Shown here: one piece after another, positions 17,230 through 36,771 of the stretch | Position numbering within the stretch: position 1 is the stretch's first letter | How the letters are laid out: every line of letters begins with the position of its first letter | From: the human T2T-CHM13v2.0 reference genome, Homo sapiens | Direction: 5' to 3' (one strand) | NCBI RefSeq assembly: GCF_009914755.1 | Contig: NC_060939.1 | Length of the DNA: 64,000 bases | The notes under the pieces: generated by a model | The model's database searches: none | Told to the model about the DNA's origin: nothing | The model's input: the letters and a program-made list of their open reading frames with translations, nothing else | Program-made: the position numbers and the translations under genes

Positions 17230-17289
17230 TTAAAAAACAGTAATTTCTTCAGATGTACCTTTTCCATTCAGTTCTGATTCCATTATCTG

Positions 17290-20200
17290 TGTAACAGTGG
17301 GTTCTACAGCTGATGACTCCCAATTTTTTATCTCCAACCCAGGCCTTCTCCCTAAATCCAAATTCATATACACAAGTGCCTACTTGGCCCCTCCACATGG
17401 CTATCTAACAGTTTTGGTTATGGTTGGATATCTCAAAATTAACATATCCAAAACTGAGCTCCTATTCTACCAGTACCACCACCCCACCCAAACCTGTCCC
17501 TCCTGTAGACTTCTTTCTCTCAATAAATGGTAACTCCATCCTTCTAGTTCCCTGAGCCAAAAACTTTGGGACTCATAATTGTAGAATGGAACACCCACTT
17601 TGGAAAGGTGGCTGGCAGTTTCTCATAAAACGAAACATATATCTAACCCTATGACCCAACAATTCCTCTTCTAAAGATTTATCCAAAAGAAAACATAAGA
17701 CCATAAAAATACTTCAATCAAAATAGTGGTTGCCTCTAGAGGGTGACAGCATGAACTGACTGTGAGGAGCATGAGGACACTTCTTGAGATAATATTCTAT
17801 GTCTCAATACTGGTGTGGAATACACAGGTTGCGCATTTGTTAAAACCTAGTGGGCTGGGCATGGTGGCTCACACCCATAATCCTAACATTCAGGGACGCC
17901 AAGGCAGGAGGACTGCTTGAGCTCAGGAGTTTGAGACCCACCTGGACAACACAGTGAGATCTCGTCTCTACATAAGAAAATAAAAATAAAAAAACTCAGT
18001 GAAAGTGCACTTGAGATTTTTACATTTCACTGCATGTAAATTTTGCCTCAACAAATACTGAATAATGATATGCAAGCTGAAGTATATTTGAGGGAAGTAA
18101 ACAGACATCTGTAGTTTATTTTGAAATGCATCAGAAATAAGATGCATTGACATATATTTTTTATATATACACAAAATTTTTAATTACAAAATATTGCAGG
18201 GAAGGTGTCTCTCAAGCAAGTCCTCAGAATGTCACTTATAATAGCTGGTAATAGAGAGAAACCTCAATCACTGAAGGGAATTTAATTTTCATGACACAGG
18301 CAGATCTTCAAGAAAGCACTCCAATGATAAAGATCCCAGACTACAGTAATTAAAAGGAGTTTCTTATATCTCATTATGCCCTGGTAAATTCTAAATATAA
18401 AATCTGATGACACTTGCCTTCACAAGTTTATGATTACTATGCTTAATTCATCTTCCTAAGATACTTGTAAAGTATGCACTTAAGAGGGGGGAAAATCATG
18501 ATCCTCCATCCCACCCTGACTTCATTTGGTATTAAACACCAGCATTGTGCAGAGGACATAAAAGTGCCTTATTTACCTCCATCCCTTCCCACATAAGCCA
18601 TATGTAATTTTGCTGTTTTAAATTTGGCCAGTTTGATAGCTGTACAGGGATACGTTGTTACTCTAATTTGTATTTCTCTGATTACTAATAAATCTGAACA
18701 TCTTATGTTTGTTGGTCATCTGGATATGCTCTTCTGGGAAATATTTATTCATGCATTCTCCTATTTTGTTATCTTGTCAACTTGTAAAAGTTTTTTGTAT
18801 TTTATCACAGTCTGTCCTCAACATTGCAAATATTTCTTCTAAATCTATCTTTTACATACACACACATCTTTTATTTTATAGCTTCTGTTTTCCATTCTTG
18901 GTCAAAAGAGTATCCCTGCCCGACTCTCACACCCAGATTCCACATGAATTCTAGATTATATAGGTAATCACCTATACAAAACCACCTTGATATTCTTGAG
19001 AGATTTTTTTTAAAAACCTGAGTCTTTAGTCCATCTGGAATTAAAATAAATTCTACATTCATCTGGAAGTTTAATACACTCTATATAGGACAAGCTGAGT
19101 CCAATTTTATTGTTTCCAGGTAGAAGGCTAGTTATACCAACACCATTTATTAAGTAATCCAGGACTTCTACATAGTTGAAGACAATGGCAGCTGCATAGC
19201 TATCTGCCCAAAATTTAAGAAAAACAAGAAGGAAAAATTAAATTCTATACCAAACCACACCTGTAGCATAACTTGAAGATACAGAATGCCAAAATTGCAA
19301 ATAATTGTAAATAAAAAAGAGAAAAAGTCAACCAATCCAGGGTACATGCTTTCACCTCCATCCAGCCATAAGGCTTTGTGGCAAGCAAAGGCAGACTAAG
19401 AAAAACTGCAGAAAAGACAGAGGAGAAAGGCTAGTGAAGGGGGCTAAAAATGATTTGGAGTGACTCCCAGAAAGATTAAATCCACACCGTATCTGAAAAC
19501 ACTGGAAAAGTATCTGGGCAGATCAGAGCACAGACTACAGGGAAGAGATTTTAAAGTACATTTAATTTAAAGCAGAAGGCACGGTTTAAGACAGCAGGTG
19601 CAATTTAAAAAGACAAGTGTTAAATAAGCATTTGTTGAAATGCAGAGGAAAGAAAAAGCAAAAAGGAAGAGAGAAGCATGCTTTAACAACTGAGTGGTGA
19701 AGGGTAAAAGAAGAAAAAGGGGAAATATTTAGTGTCCTGCAAGGCAAAATAGACCCATAAAATTGAAGACAGAACAACCCTTTCCTCAAGTAAAACAAAC
19801 AAAATTTCTGCTATTGTATTTGGACTTTGCTATATTGACTGAAGAGAATGTAATTAAATTAAGAATATTATAAAATACTCGATACCACAAAAACGAACAT
19901 GAGAAAACTCAAGTGCATACAGAGCTATTGCAGAAAACAAAACAAAATTAAATTTTACATTTATCAATTGAGGGAAATTCCCTGATGACGACAAAGCAAA
20001 GTGTAAGTTAACAATCCAAACAAAATTAAATAAACTGAAACATATGATGATATGAAAAATCCTGAATCAAAAATTCAAAAACTGAAAGCAGAAATAGACA
20101 AAAAGAAAGAAAAAGAAGAAAAGGAAAGGAAGAAAGAAAGGGAAAGAGGTAATTGAACTCAGGAAAGAAATATGAAGAAAAAGGCAAAATTATCTCAGCA

Positions 20201-20880
20201 ATGAAGAATGAATTATAAAAGTGTTCAAGGAAGAGTAGACTCAATGACATAAAGAAAAATGAAAAGGGTGAGAGAAATAATTAGAAAAAGATAAGAAAAA
20301 AGAATAATATTCATATTATTGGATTACGTGAGGAAGAAAAATACAAAACAAACAAAAACAGAGCTGGTTTTATAGCTACAATGCAAGAAAACTTTCTAAA
20401 ATAGAAAAAATATCTGAATCAATATACAAGGTACTTGAGAAAATTAACCCAGACAATCAACTCCAAGAAATAGCCTAGAAAAACTATTATATTTCAAAGA
20501 CAAAGATAAAATCCTAAAGACCTCCAAGCAAAGAGATGAAATTACTTTAAAAAGCAAAAGAATTAGCCAGGCATTATTTTAAAACAAAATAGCACAGCCA
20601 CAGCTTTTATAAAGCAAAAACTACAGGAGATGCAAGGAAACATAAATAGAAACACTAATAACGTGAGACATGAATATACCACTCTTAGTACAAGATGGAT
20701 CAAGTGAACAAAAATAAGAAAACAGAAGATCTAAACAACAAAATAACTCACTTTTCCACTAACAGGATCTATTTCTGGATTCTCTATTCTGGTCCACTTG
20801 TCTATTCTTACAACAGTGACTTGATTACAATAGGCTTATAAATGTATAAATGTTCTGATGACTGGTAAGGCAAGTCCCAA
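17290..20880. mobile_element. Mosaic of old L2/L1/HAL1-like fragments with Alu monomer 17852-17995(+)
   Basis: L2 motif aacatatccaaaactgagctc; L1 motifs ccctatgacccaacaattcctcttcta and ggtcatctggatatgctcttctggg; A-rich ORF1-like tract 19.9-20.6 kb. Confidence 0.5.
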
Positions 20881-20902
20881 AAGTTTAAGATGATATTATT
20901 CA

Positions 20903-21217
<315 letters not shown>

Positions 21218-21609
21218 TTATATGCCATCCCTTCCAACACACTATTGAGGTTCCAATCTGAATTGCATTAGATTTATGTACTTTCAGAAAATAGACATTT
21301 TTATGAAATTTGTTCATCCAAGGACAAAGTATGCATTTCTATTTGCTCCTATCCTATTTTAGATTTTCTTCATATAAATCCTGTGCTTTTCTGTTGATTC
21401 TTAAGTATTTTTGATTTTGTGATTACTATGAATGGAATTTCCTCATTTCCATTTCTGGTTAATTACTGCTGTCTAGTCATCTGGGTAAATCCATATATTT
21501 TCCAAAATTATACAAAGACAGAACAGGAAATGAATCAAAGAAACAGAGGCCATCTAACAACAGGAAATAAAGAAAGAAAACAAGCAAGTATTAAAAAGGT
21601 AAAACAGAA

Positions 21610-21944
<335 letters not shown>

Positions 21945-22408
21945 CTACTACATCAACATCTGTAAAATTCACCTATTAAAACCAAAAGATAAAGACTGAT
22001 GTGAAATAATAATAACCTATATGCTAACTGAATAAAACATATATGAAAGTAGTTATGGCCCAAAATTTATAATCTCTGCTATAAATTAAATGTATATAAC
22101 TATAAATCTAATAAGTAAATCATTTTTTAAATGTATATCCTAAGTGATGGATCTAAAACAAGTGATTTCAAAATGTTGAAGATAAAATGTAGGGTAATGA
22201 TATAACAAACAAATGCAAACAGAAAAAGTATCATCTGTTAGGTAATAAATGGGACAAAAAGGGTTACTTGGTAATGATGAACAGTATAATCACTAATAAA
22301 ACTGTCACAAACAGTTTTATTTTACTACAAGCAGAGTTATAAAACAATGAAGCGGAAACCACAGAGAATATAGGAAGAATGGCAACCACAGTAATAGAGA
22401 CTTAAATA

Positions 22409-24821
22409 CAGCCATACCTCATTTATTGCACTTGACTTTACTGTGCTGTACAGATACTGCATCTTTTTTACAAATTGAAGGTTTATGACAACCCTCATTT
22501 GAGCAAGTGTATTGGTGCCATTTTTCCAAAAGTACGTGTTCACTTCATGTATCTGTGTCACATTTTGGTAATTCTTACAATATTTCAAACTTTTCATTAT
22601 TATTATAACTGTTATGGTAACCTGTAATCAGCAAGCTTTGATTGTTATTATTGTAATTGTTTGGGGGTGCCACAAAGCACACCCATATAAGATGGCAAAC
22701 TTAATCGATAAATGGTACGTGTTCTGACTGCTCTACCAACCAACCATTCCCCAGTCTCCCTACCCTTGGGACTCCCTATTGCCTAAGACACAACAATATT
22801 GAAATTAGGCCAACTAATAACCCTACAATTGCCTCTAAGTGTTCAAGACAAAGGAAGACACCATGTCCCTCACTTTAAATCAAAAGCCAGAAATGATTAA
22901 GTTTAGTGAGGAAGGCAGGCCAAAAGCTAAGCCTCTTGCGCCAGTTAGCCAAGTTGCAATACAAAGGGAAAGTTCTTAAAGAAACCAAGAAAGCCACTCC
23001 AATGAATACATAAATGATAAAGAAGTGAAATCGCCTTTTTCCTGATATGGGGAAAGTCTGAGTGGTCTGGATAGAATATCAAACCAGTCACAATATTCCC
23101 TTAAACCAAAGCCTAAGCCAGACCAAGGCCCTCTCTTCAATTCTATGAAGGCTGAGAGAGGTAAGGAAAATGCAGAAGAGTTTGAAGCTAGCAGAGGTTC
23201 ACTCATGAGGCTTAAGGAAAGAACCTGTCTCCACAACATAAAAGTGCAAGGTGAAGCAGCAAGTGCTGATGTAGAAGCTGCACAAAGTTATCCAGAATAT
23301 CTACCTAAGGTAACTGATGAAAGTAGTTATATTAAACAACAGATTTTCAATGTGGACAAAACAGCCTTCTATTGGAAGATGCCATCTAGGACTTTCATAG
23401 CTAGAAATAATTCAATACCTGCCTTCAAAGGACAGGTTGAGTCTCTTGCTAAGGGCTAACGAAGCTGGTGGACTTAAAGTTGAAGCCAATGCTCTTTTAC
23501 ATTCTGAAAAACCTAGGGCACCTAAGAATTATTATAAACCTACTCTCCCTGTGCTCTACTAATCCAACAACGAAGCCTGGATGACAGCACATCTGTTTAC
23601 TACACAGTTTACTAAATATTTTAAGCCCACTGTTAAGACCTACAGCTCAGAAAAAAGCTTCCTTTCAAAACATTACTGTTCACTGACAACGCACCTAGTC
23701 ACTCAAGAGCTCTACTGGAGATGTACAAGGAGATTCATGTTGTGTTCATGCCTACTAAACACAACATCCATTCTGCAGCACATGGATAAAGAAGTCATTT
23801 CTACTTTCAAGTCTTAGTATTTAAGAAATACATTTTGTAAGGCTATAGCTGCCACAGATAGTGATTCCTCTGAGATCTGGGTAAAGTCAATAGAAAATGT
23901 TCTGGAAAGGATTCACCATTGTAGATGCCATTAAGAGCATCCATGGTTCATGGGGAAAAGGCCAAAGTATCAATATTAACAAGAGTTTGGAAGAAGTTGA
24001 TTCTAACCCCTACGGATGACTTTGAGAGGTTCAAGACTTCAGTGGAGGAAGTAACTGCAGACGTGGTGGAAAGAGCAAGAGAAGTAGAATTAGAAGTGGA
24101 GCCCGAAGATGTGACTGAATGCAGCAATCTCATGATAAAATTTTAACGGATGAGGAGTTGCTTCTTATGGATGAGCAAAGAAAGTAGTTTATTGAAATGA
24201 AAGATATTCCTGGTGAAGATGCTGTGAATATTACTGAAATGACAACAAAGGATTAGAATATTACATAAATTTAATTGATAATGCAGTAGCAGAGTTAGAG
24301 AGGACTGACTCCTTTTGAATTTTGAAAGAAGTTCTACTGTGGGTAAAATGCTATCAAACAACATTGCATGCTACAGAGAAATCATTCATGAAAGGAGGAG
24401 CCAATCAATGCAGCAAACTTCACTGTTGTCTTGTTTTAATAAATTGCCAAAGTAATCCCAACCTTTCAGCAACCCCCATCCTGATCAGTCAGCAGCCATT
24501 AACATCAAGGCAAGACCCTCCATGAGCAAAAAGATTACAACTCTTTGAAGGATCAGAGGACTCTCAGCATTTTTTAGCAAAAAAAAAAGTATTTTTTAAT
24601 TAAGGTACATACATTGCTTTTCTAGACATAATGCTATTATACACTTAACAGACTACAGTATACGGTACACATAACCTTTATATACACTGAGAAACCAAAA
24701 AAACTGTGTGACTTGCTTTACTATGACATTGGCTTTATTGTGATTTATTTGCTTTACTGTACTTTTCGCTTTATTGCAGTGGTCTGGAACCAAACCACAG
24801 TATCTCTAAGGTATATGCCAG
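22409..24821 (+). mobile_element. Full-length Tigger1 (TcMar/pogo) DNA transposon with disrupted transposase
   Basis: TA|CAGCCATACCTC...GGTATATGCCAG|TA termini, 2413 bp; transposase remnants [47 protein letters not shown] in different frames. Confidence 0.93.
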
Positions 24822-24949
24822 TACTTGACAAATAAGGCAAAGTACAACAGTATATAAACCACCAGTCCTTAAATCTATTGGTAGACCATGAATTCCTTTG
24901 AGAATCTGATAAAAGCAGTAGACCGTGACTCCCCAAAGAATAAAACTCA

Positions 24950-27478
<2,529 letters not shown>

Positions 27479-27484
27479 TCGAAA

Positions 27485-28085
27485 GACAGCTGTGAAGAGC
27501 AGTTTGCTGGTGGTATCTCAAAAAGTTAAAAACAGAGTTTCCTTATGGCCCAACAATTCGACTCCTAGATCTATACCCAAGTGAACTGAAAACACATGTT
27601 CATATGAAAACTTGTACACAAAGATTCACTGGAGCATTACTCGTAATAGCCAAAAAGTGGAAACAACACAAATGACCATCAAGATATGAATGAATAAACA
27701 AAATGTCATATTATCTACACAGTGGAATATTATTCAGCCATAAATAGGAATGAAATACTGATACATGCTATAATTTGAGCCTTGTAAACATTCTGCCAAT
27801 TGAAAGATGCCAGATATAAAAGGCTATATAATGTATGATTCTATTTATAAGAAATGTACAGTACAGGATGGCCAAATGCATAGAGATAGAAAGTAGATTA
27901 GTAGTTGCCAGAGGCTGGAGAGGAAGGGAAAATGGAGAAACTGGTAAGATTTTACTTTGGAATTATGAAAATGTTTTGGAACTAGAGACGGTAGTTGCAC
28001 AATACTGTGAAAGTACTAAATGCCACTAAATCGCTCACTTTAAGATGGTTAATTGTACGTGATGTGAACTTCAACTCAATAAATT
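27485..28085 (+). mobile_element. L1MB-like 3' end
   Basis: aatagccaaaaagtggaaacaac, gtggaatattattcagccata, agtagattagtagttgccagagg, terminal aataaa. Confidence 0.8.
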
Positions 28086-28086
28086 A

Positions 28087-29170
<1,084 letters not shown>

Positions 29171-29803
29171 CCTTACAAGCCAGTTTCATCAAATTGAACT
29201 CAAAGGAAAGAAAGTTCAAGTGCATTTAAAGAATAGGAAGTAGATCAGAATAGCTACAATACATAAAGACATTTGTATAAAATTGTAGGAAAATGAAAAG
29301 CAGTACAGAATGTGAAAAAGACAGTTAACAAACAAATGAATTTGGGTTTCTATTCTATAATCCAGTACAAGTCAGACTGATGATTTGGGGAACAAAAGTG
29401 TTATCTGCACCTAACACAGCATCTGATACCTATATGCCCTCAATGAAGGATGCATTTCAAAAAAACCAATTTAACAGTTATTTACTGTAAATTGGAGAAT
29501 TGGGATAATATAGTTGGGATACTACCGAAATAAATCAGTAATGAGATTTAAAGAAACTATAATCACAACAAAATAAAGCCCTGATTGTTTTAAGGAAGAA
29601 TTCTATCATGACTTCAACAGACAATTCCTAAGCTACTTTAAATGTTTTAGGGCATAGAGCAAAGAGTCTCAGTTCTTTTTAAGCAGTCAATAAAGTAACA
29701 ATAGCAAAACTTAATGAAGCACAAAAAGTACAGCTGTAATACTACCACAGTTGTGGATTTCATAATCTATAATTAATAAAAATCTGCAATTAAAAATATT
29801 AGC

Positions 29804-30062
29804 AGCTGGGCACAGTGGCTCATGCCTGCAATCCCAGCACTTTGGGAGGCTGAGGCAGGTGGATCACCTGAGGTCAGGAGTTCGAGACCGGCCTGACCAA
29901 CGTGGTGAAGCCCCGTCTCTACTAAAAATACAAAAATTAGCTGGGCGTGGTGGCAAGTGCCTGCAATCCCAGCTACTTGGAGGCTGGGGCAGGAGATCGC
30001 GCCATTGCACTCCAGCCTGGGTAACAGAGCAAGACTCCGTCTCAAAAAAAAAAAAAAAAAAA
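29804..30062 (+). mobile_element. AluS with right-arm deletion
   Basis: ggcaggagatcgcgccattgcac junction lacks the ttgaaccc...gtgagcc segment. Confidence 0.85.
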
Positions 30063-30232
30063 TTTAGCAATGAAAATGAGAAAGTACATTAATAGGAGTT
30101 CATTCCAGGAATATAATGATGGCTCAACATAGGCAAATCTATTAACATTAACCAATTTCATGTTATGTTGAGATGTTAAAAGTAAACTTGATAAAATGCA
30201 AAATCCATTCCTAATAAAAAATCTACTAATAA

Positions 30233-30606
<374 letters not shown>

Positions 30607-30683
30607 TTAGCAGTATTGACTCTAGAGTCAAGTAGAATATAAGAGTGCCCACTTGTCACCACTATTATCAATAATGAAACTGA

Positions 30684-31770
<1,087 letters not shown>

Positions 31771-32401
31771 TTAAAAAGTACTTTTTAAATACTAGAAAGT
31801 AGACACCCAAACTCAGGATAGTGATTGCCCAGGGGGTTGGTGGGTATCAAACAGGACATCAACTTTGTGTGTTATGTTTCCCTTTTTTTAAGTTTAAAAA
31901 TGACTGCATAAACACTTGTTAAATGCTGGCAGAAGAAACACAGTAGGGTTTTCTTTTTTTTTTTTTTAATTCTCTGTACTTCTCTTCAGTCTTAAATTTT
32001 TCTCAAGGAAAGGAAAAACAAAAAAAGTTTGTATGACCATATTGTTTTCAATTGTAATATAATCAAAAGTTATAATCCCTATCCTATTATTCTTTTAATT
32101 TGGGTATATAAAAACTGAAAGATATCTTTATAGAAGGCTTGTTTTTACGAACATCATTTTAACAACAAAAAATCCTAAAAAAGTTTTTCAAAGGGTTGAC
32201 TGTATCTATCACGCTTCTAACTAAAACACAGAAAGTTTGGAAAATAAATAATAAAGTAGGTTTAATGGGTTTGTCCTTTCCTCGGACATACAGAAATTTG
32301 CAGTTTGGGGATAAATACCTGAGAGATGACATATCTATCAACCTTCTCCCCCAGACACTCTGAGATAGTTTTACTTAATAACTTCTCATTGTGTGTATGT
32401 A

Positions 32402-32526
32402 CAGATTATTGGAATATTTGCATTGTTGCTGGTTGAGCATCTCTGATCTGAAAATCCAAAATCTGAAATGTTCCAATGAGCATCTCCTTGGTATATTATG
32501 CTGGGACTCAAAAATTTTCAGATTTA
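32402..32526. mobile_element. Tigger4/Zombi (MER46)-like fragment
   Basis: ggttgagcatctctgatctgaaaatccaaaatctgaaatgttccaatgagcat. Confidence 0.7.
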
Positions 32527-34300
32527 TATGTATATATGTACGTATACATATATTACAAATACGAGCTCTGTGTATATTCTGAAGATGCCTTGTACAAACA
32601 GAAAGATGAATCATCAATGCAGCAAGATTTGCCAAACATAAGGGATGATCTTTTTCAAAACAAGATCAGCAGAGGGAAGTTCAAAGAACAAAATAGAACA
32701 TCCAACTAGTAACATTTCCAATAAAACTTTTAGTTACTGGATAAATTCTGCCTAGTTCTTTCTTTAACACATTATGTTGTGGCAAATGAAAGTAAAAAAC
32801 AATTCTTCGAGGGAGTTCAAATTGCAAATCCAGGTTCCTTCAGTTCTAAAACACTTAAAATCAATTCGATGTCTAAATGTTTTAAGCTGTAAGCCCATTC
32901 ACACCAACTATAATCAGCAGTCCCTCTCTCAATGTGAAAATTTAGAATGAATTTTTTCCTTACTAAGAATAAAGAAGTTGATATTTCTTCAAATATTTTA
33001 TAAAAGCAAGTTTTCAAACCATTTATTTCAAAGCTAAATAATTATCTGTTGGCAGTAACATCTCCTATATTGATGCCCCACACAACTGTTCAAAAACAAA
33101 ATCACTGATTTAATCAACTGCTTTCCAGTGTAATTCTTGTTATCAGCAACTGTCTGAGTTGGGGGCAAAGTGTAATAATTGATAACTGATTTAATTTTTC
33201 ATTTTTCCAAAAATTCCAATAAAGTACATAGTAGGTTCACTGATTGATAGCTTTATATTCAATTGACCAATATTCTCCAACCTTAATGTCTTAAACCAGT
33301 TTCTAATCTCCTACCTTAGCTACAAAGAGACCAGTGCAATTCAATAAATATTAGATGGTATCAGGAAATTAAAGTTCTAATACCCAAGAAATGATCTTGG
33401 GCAAGAACACATACCCTCTTCTCCAGGCCTCATCTAAAAAATAAGGGATTTGAATAAAATAATCTCCGAAGTCCTTTCCACTTCTAAAATAATATGAAAA
33501 TGAAACCCAAATGTTCAACACACAAAATTGGTTCTTACTACATTCTATCCACCTCTGGAAGGAATACAAAAAGAATATAAATAACTTCTAGTGCAGAAGA
33601 TATTACTGACTTTTCAAAACCCTTTCCAGATATAACCCTATCAGCAAAGCAGAATGAATGTGTGCTTCCAGGAGTTTGGAGTATCCCCAACTAATTCCCT
33701 TTTAAGCAAGAAATTACTTTAAACTCCTACAATTTTGGCATTTTTCTTCATAATATATGGTGTGGTTTTAATGTAAAATAATATTTAGTATTACCTTCTT
33801 GGATGATATAGAACGAAAGAACTCAGTTTCTTCCTATTAGACTCTCACAACACAGAACACTTCTGTGACCAAATGTGTGGGAGATTTTCTCCACACGCCA
33901 AGCAAGCAATCTTGCAGCAGACGCTAGCTGGGTGTCTTCTAAGTCAATTCAGTTATGACACTACTTACCAGGAGACAGCAACAGATCTCACAGGTTGAGG
34001 GCTCAGTCCTAGAAAACTGTCTCCCACTTCTGATTCCAATCGCAAGCCCCAGGTTGTTTTATCTGTGCTTCTGACCAACTAGCTATAAAGCAGGGTTCCC
34101 ACACCGCACTCCTGGGGTTTGATTACTTTCTAGAGCAGTTCACAGAACTCAGGGAAACACTTATACTTACATTTATGGGTTTATAATAAAGGCTATTACA
34201 AAGGGTATCAATGAACACCAGATGAAGAGGATAGGGCAGGATATGGGGCAAGGGGCCCAGGGCTTTCACGCCCTCTCTGGGGATGCCACCCTCCAGGAAC

Positions 34301-34933
34301 TGCCAGAGGCGTCTGAACCAGAGCAACTCCATCTTGAGTAGGGACTGTGTAAAATAAGGCTGAGACCTACCAGGCTGAATTCCCAGGAGGTTAGGCATTC
34401 TAAATCACAGGATGAGACAGGAGGTCGGCACAAGACACAGGTCGTAAAGACCACGCTGATAAAACTGGTTGCAGTAAAGAAGCTGGCCCAAACCCACCAA
34501 AACCAAGATGGCCACGAAAGTGGCCTCTGGTAGTCCATACTGCTCATTATACACTAATTATAATGCATTAGTATGCTAAAAGACACTCCCAACAGTGCCA
34601 TGATAGTTTACAAATGCCCTAGCAATGTCAGAAAGTTACCCTATATGGTCTAAAAGGGGGAGGAACCCTCAGTTTCGGGAATTGCCCACCCCTCTCCCGG
34701 AAAACTCATGAATAATTCACCCCTTGTTTAGTATATAATCAAGAAATAACTATAACTATCCTTAGTGGAGCAGCCCTTGCTGCTGCTCTGCCTATGGAGC
34801 AGACATTCTTTATTCCTTTACTTTCTTAATAAACTCACTTTCACTTTACTCTGTGGACTCGCCCTGAATTCTTTCTTGCGCAAGATCCAAGAACCCTCTC
34901 TTGGGGTCTGGATAGGGACCCCTTTCCAGTACA
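34301..34933 (+). mobile_element. MER41B solo LTR
   Basis: TG...CA, TSD gaac (34297-34300, 34934-34937); carries the GAS-containing segment ggaaccctcagtttcgggaattgccc. Confidence 0.88.
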
Positions 34934-34969
34934 GAACCTCTATGGGTTCAGCTATCTGGAAGTTCCCTG

Positions 34970-35522
34970 TGTTAGAGATGTGTGAACCAAAGCAACTCCA
35001 CCTTGAGTAGGAGCTGGGTAAAATGAGGCTGAGACCTACTGGGCTGCATTCCCAGACGGTTAAGGCATTCTAAGCCACAGGATGAGATAGGAGGTCAGCA
35101 CAAAATACAGGTCATAAAGACCTTCTAATAAAACAGGTTACAGTAAAGGAGCTGGCTAAAACTCACCAAAACTGCGATGGCCATGAGAGTGACCTCTGGT
35201 TGTCCTCACTGCTACACTCCCATCAGCGCCATGACAGTTTACAAATCCCATGGCACTGTCAGGAAGTCACCCTATATGGTCTAAAAAGGGGAGGCATGAA
35301 TAATCCACCCCTTGTTTAGCATATCATCAACATATAACCATAAAAATGAGCAACCAGCAGCCCTTGGGGCTGTTCTGTCTATGGAGTAGCCATTCTTTCA
35401 TTCCTTTACTTTCTTAATAAACTTGCTTTCACTTTACTCTATAGACTCGCCCTGAATTCTTTCTTGCGTGAGATCCAAGAACCCTCTCCTGGGGTCTGGA
35501 TCAGAACCCCTTTCCTGTAACA
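34970..35522 (+). mobile_element. MER41A solo LTR
   Basis: TG...CA, TSD cctg (34966-34969, 35523-35526); lacks the GAS segment (ggggaggcatgaataatcc). Confidence 0.88.
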
Positions 35523-35963
35523 CCTGAACCCAGTCTTTTTGTGGTTCTATGGAAGCTTCATTACTAGCTATTACTGGTTGAATCACTGAGTGATCAACTC
35601 AATCTTTGGCCCTTCTTTCCTCCCCTTCCCAGAGGTTGGGGATGGGGCTGAAAGTACTAACCCTCTAATCATGGCTCAGTCTTTCCAGTGACCAGCCCCA
35701 ATCCTGAAGCTAACCAGAGGTGACCAGGCATCAGCAAATTCATTAGCACACAAAAAGACACAGATCACTTTGGAGATTCCAAAGATTTTAGGAGTTATAT
35801 TCCAGGAGACATGAGGAAGACCAAATATATATTTTACAATATCTCACCTACCACCCATTACAACTGGGACTCTAGCAGGAGATGCCACTCTTTCATCTTA
35901 GAACAGCTAAGATCCCTACTTTCCCACTCCCCATACCCAGCAGTTTAAGAAAAACACGTAAAG

Positions 35964-36265
35964 GGTTCAGTGGCTCACACCTAAAATCCCAGCACTTTGG
36001 GAGGCCGAGGTGGGCGGATCACCTGAGGTCAGGAGTTCAAGTCCATCCTAGCCAAAATGGCAAAATTCTATCTCTACTAAAAATACAAAAATTAGCCAGG
36101 CGTGGTGGTGTGTACCTGTAGTCCCAGCTACTCAGGCTGCTGAGGCAGGAGAATTGTTTGAACCTGGGAGGCGGGGGTTGCAGTTAGCCAAGATTGTGCC
36201 ACTGCATTCCAGCCCGGGCAACAGAGCAAGACTCTGTCTCAAAAAAAAAAAAAAAAAAAAAAAAA
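35964..36265 (+). mobile_element. AluS
   Basis: Alu text, long A tail. Confidence 0.9.
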
Positions 36266-36771
36266 GTAAAGGAATAATCATCCTTTTTCCTACTTGAACA
36301 TTTAAATGACATACAAATTATATCATTTTTAAATGTATCAATACAGTTTTAAAGCACAAGTTTCTGCTTTAAAGATCTTAAAATTCTGAGGAAGGAAAAA
36401 CTGGGTCAATTGTCTTAGTTACTAAAGCTTGCCTTTTTCAATGGTTTTATTAAAATATTCTGCTTGCATTTATCATTTTGGAAAAAGAAGTTCAAAGTAG
36501 ATAAAGAGTAGTGATAATTTTAAAATAAAATAACCAATAAAAACAGATTTCAGAAATGTGTATGAGAGATGTTGATAGCACCTAAGATTGCAGAAGTAGA
36601 GATAAAATTGAGAGGAAAAAATATCAGTTTAATATAAGAAAATTAACATTTAATTGGAATTTTAAGTGGCTTGATTTTATTTTCAATCAAATAGAAAAGC
36701 TCTGATACAAAAGGTTCCTATTTTGAATTACTCTGAAGATATTTCATGTTTGCCCATTTGAACCAGCAGTA

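Larger units (their letters stand above)
33804..35846 (-). mobile_element. MER21-family LTR interrupted by two MER41 LTRs
   Basis: acacttctgtgaccaaatgtgtgg, cacagaactcagggaaacact, gaagaccaaatatatatttt; left boundary approximate. Confidence 0.8.

Noticed and set aside
23145-24146. Functional or domesticated transposase (TIGD1-like) gene
   Set aside because: Multiple stops and frameshifts; only short fragments remain
34301-35522. Deleted provirus with paired 5' and 3' LTRs
   Set aside because: Different subfamilies, separate TSDs, and the spacer continues the host MER21
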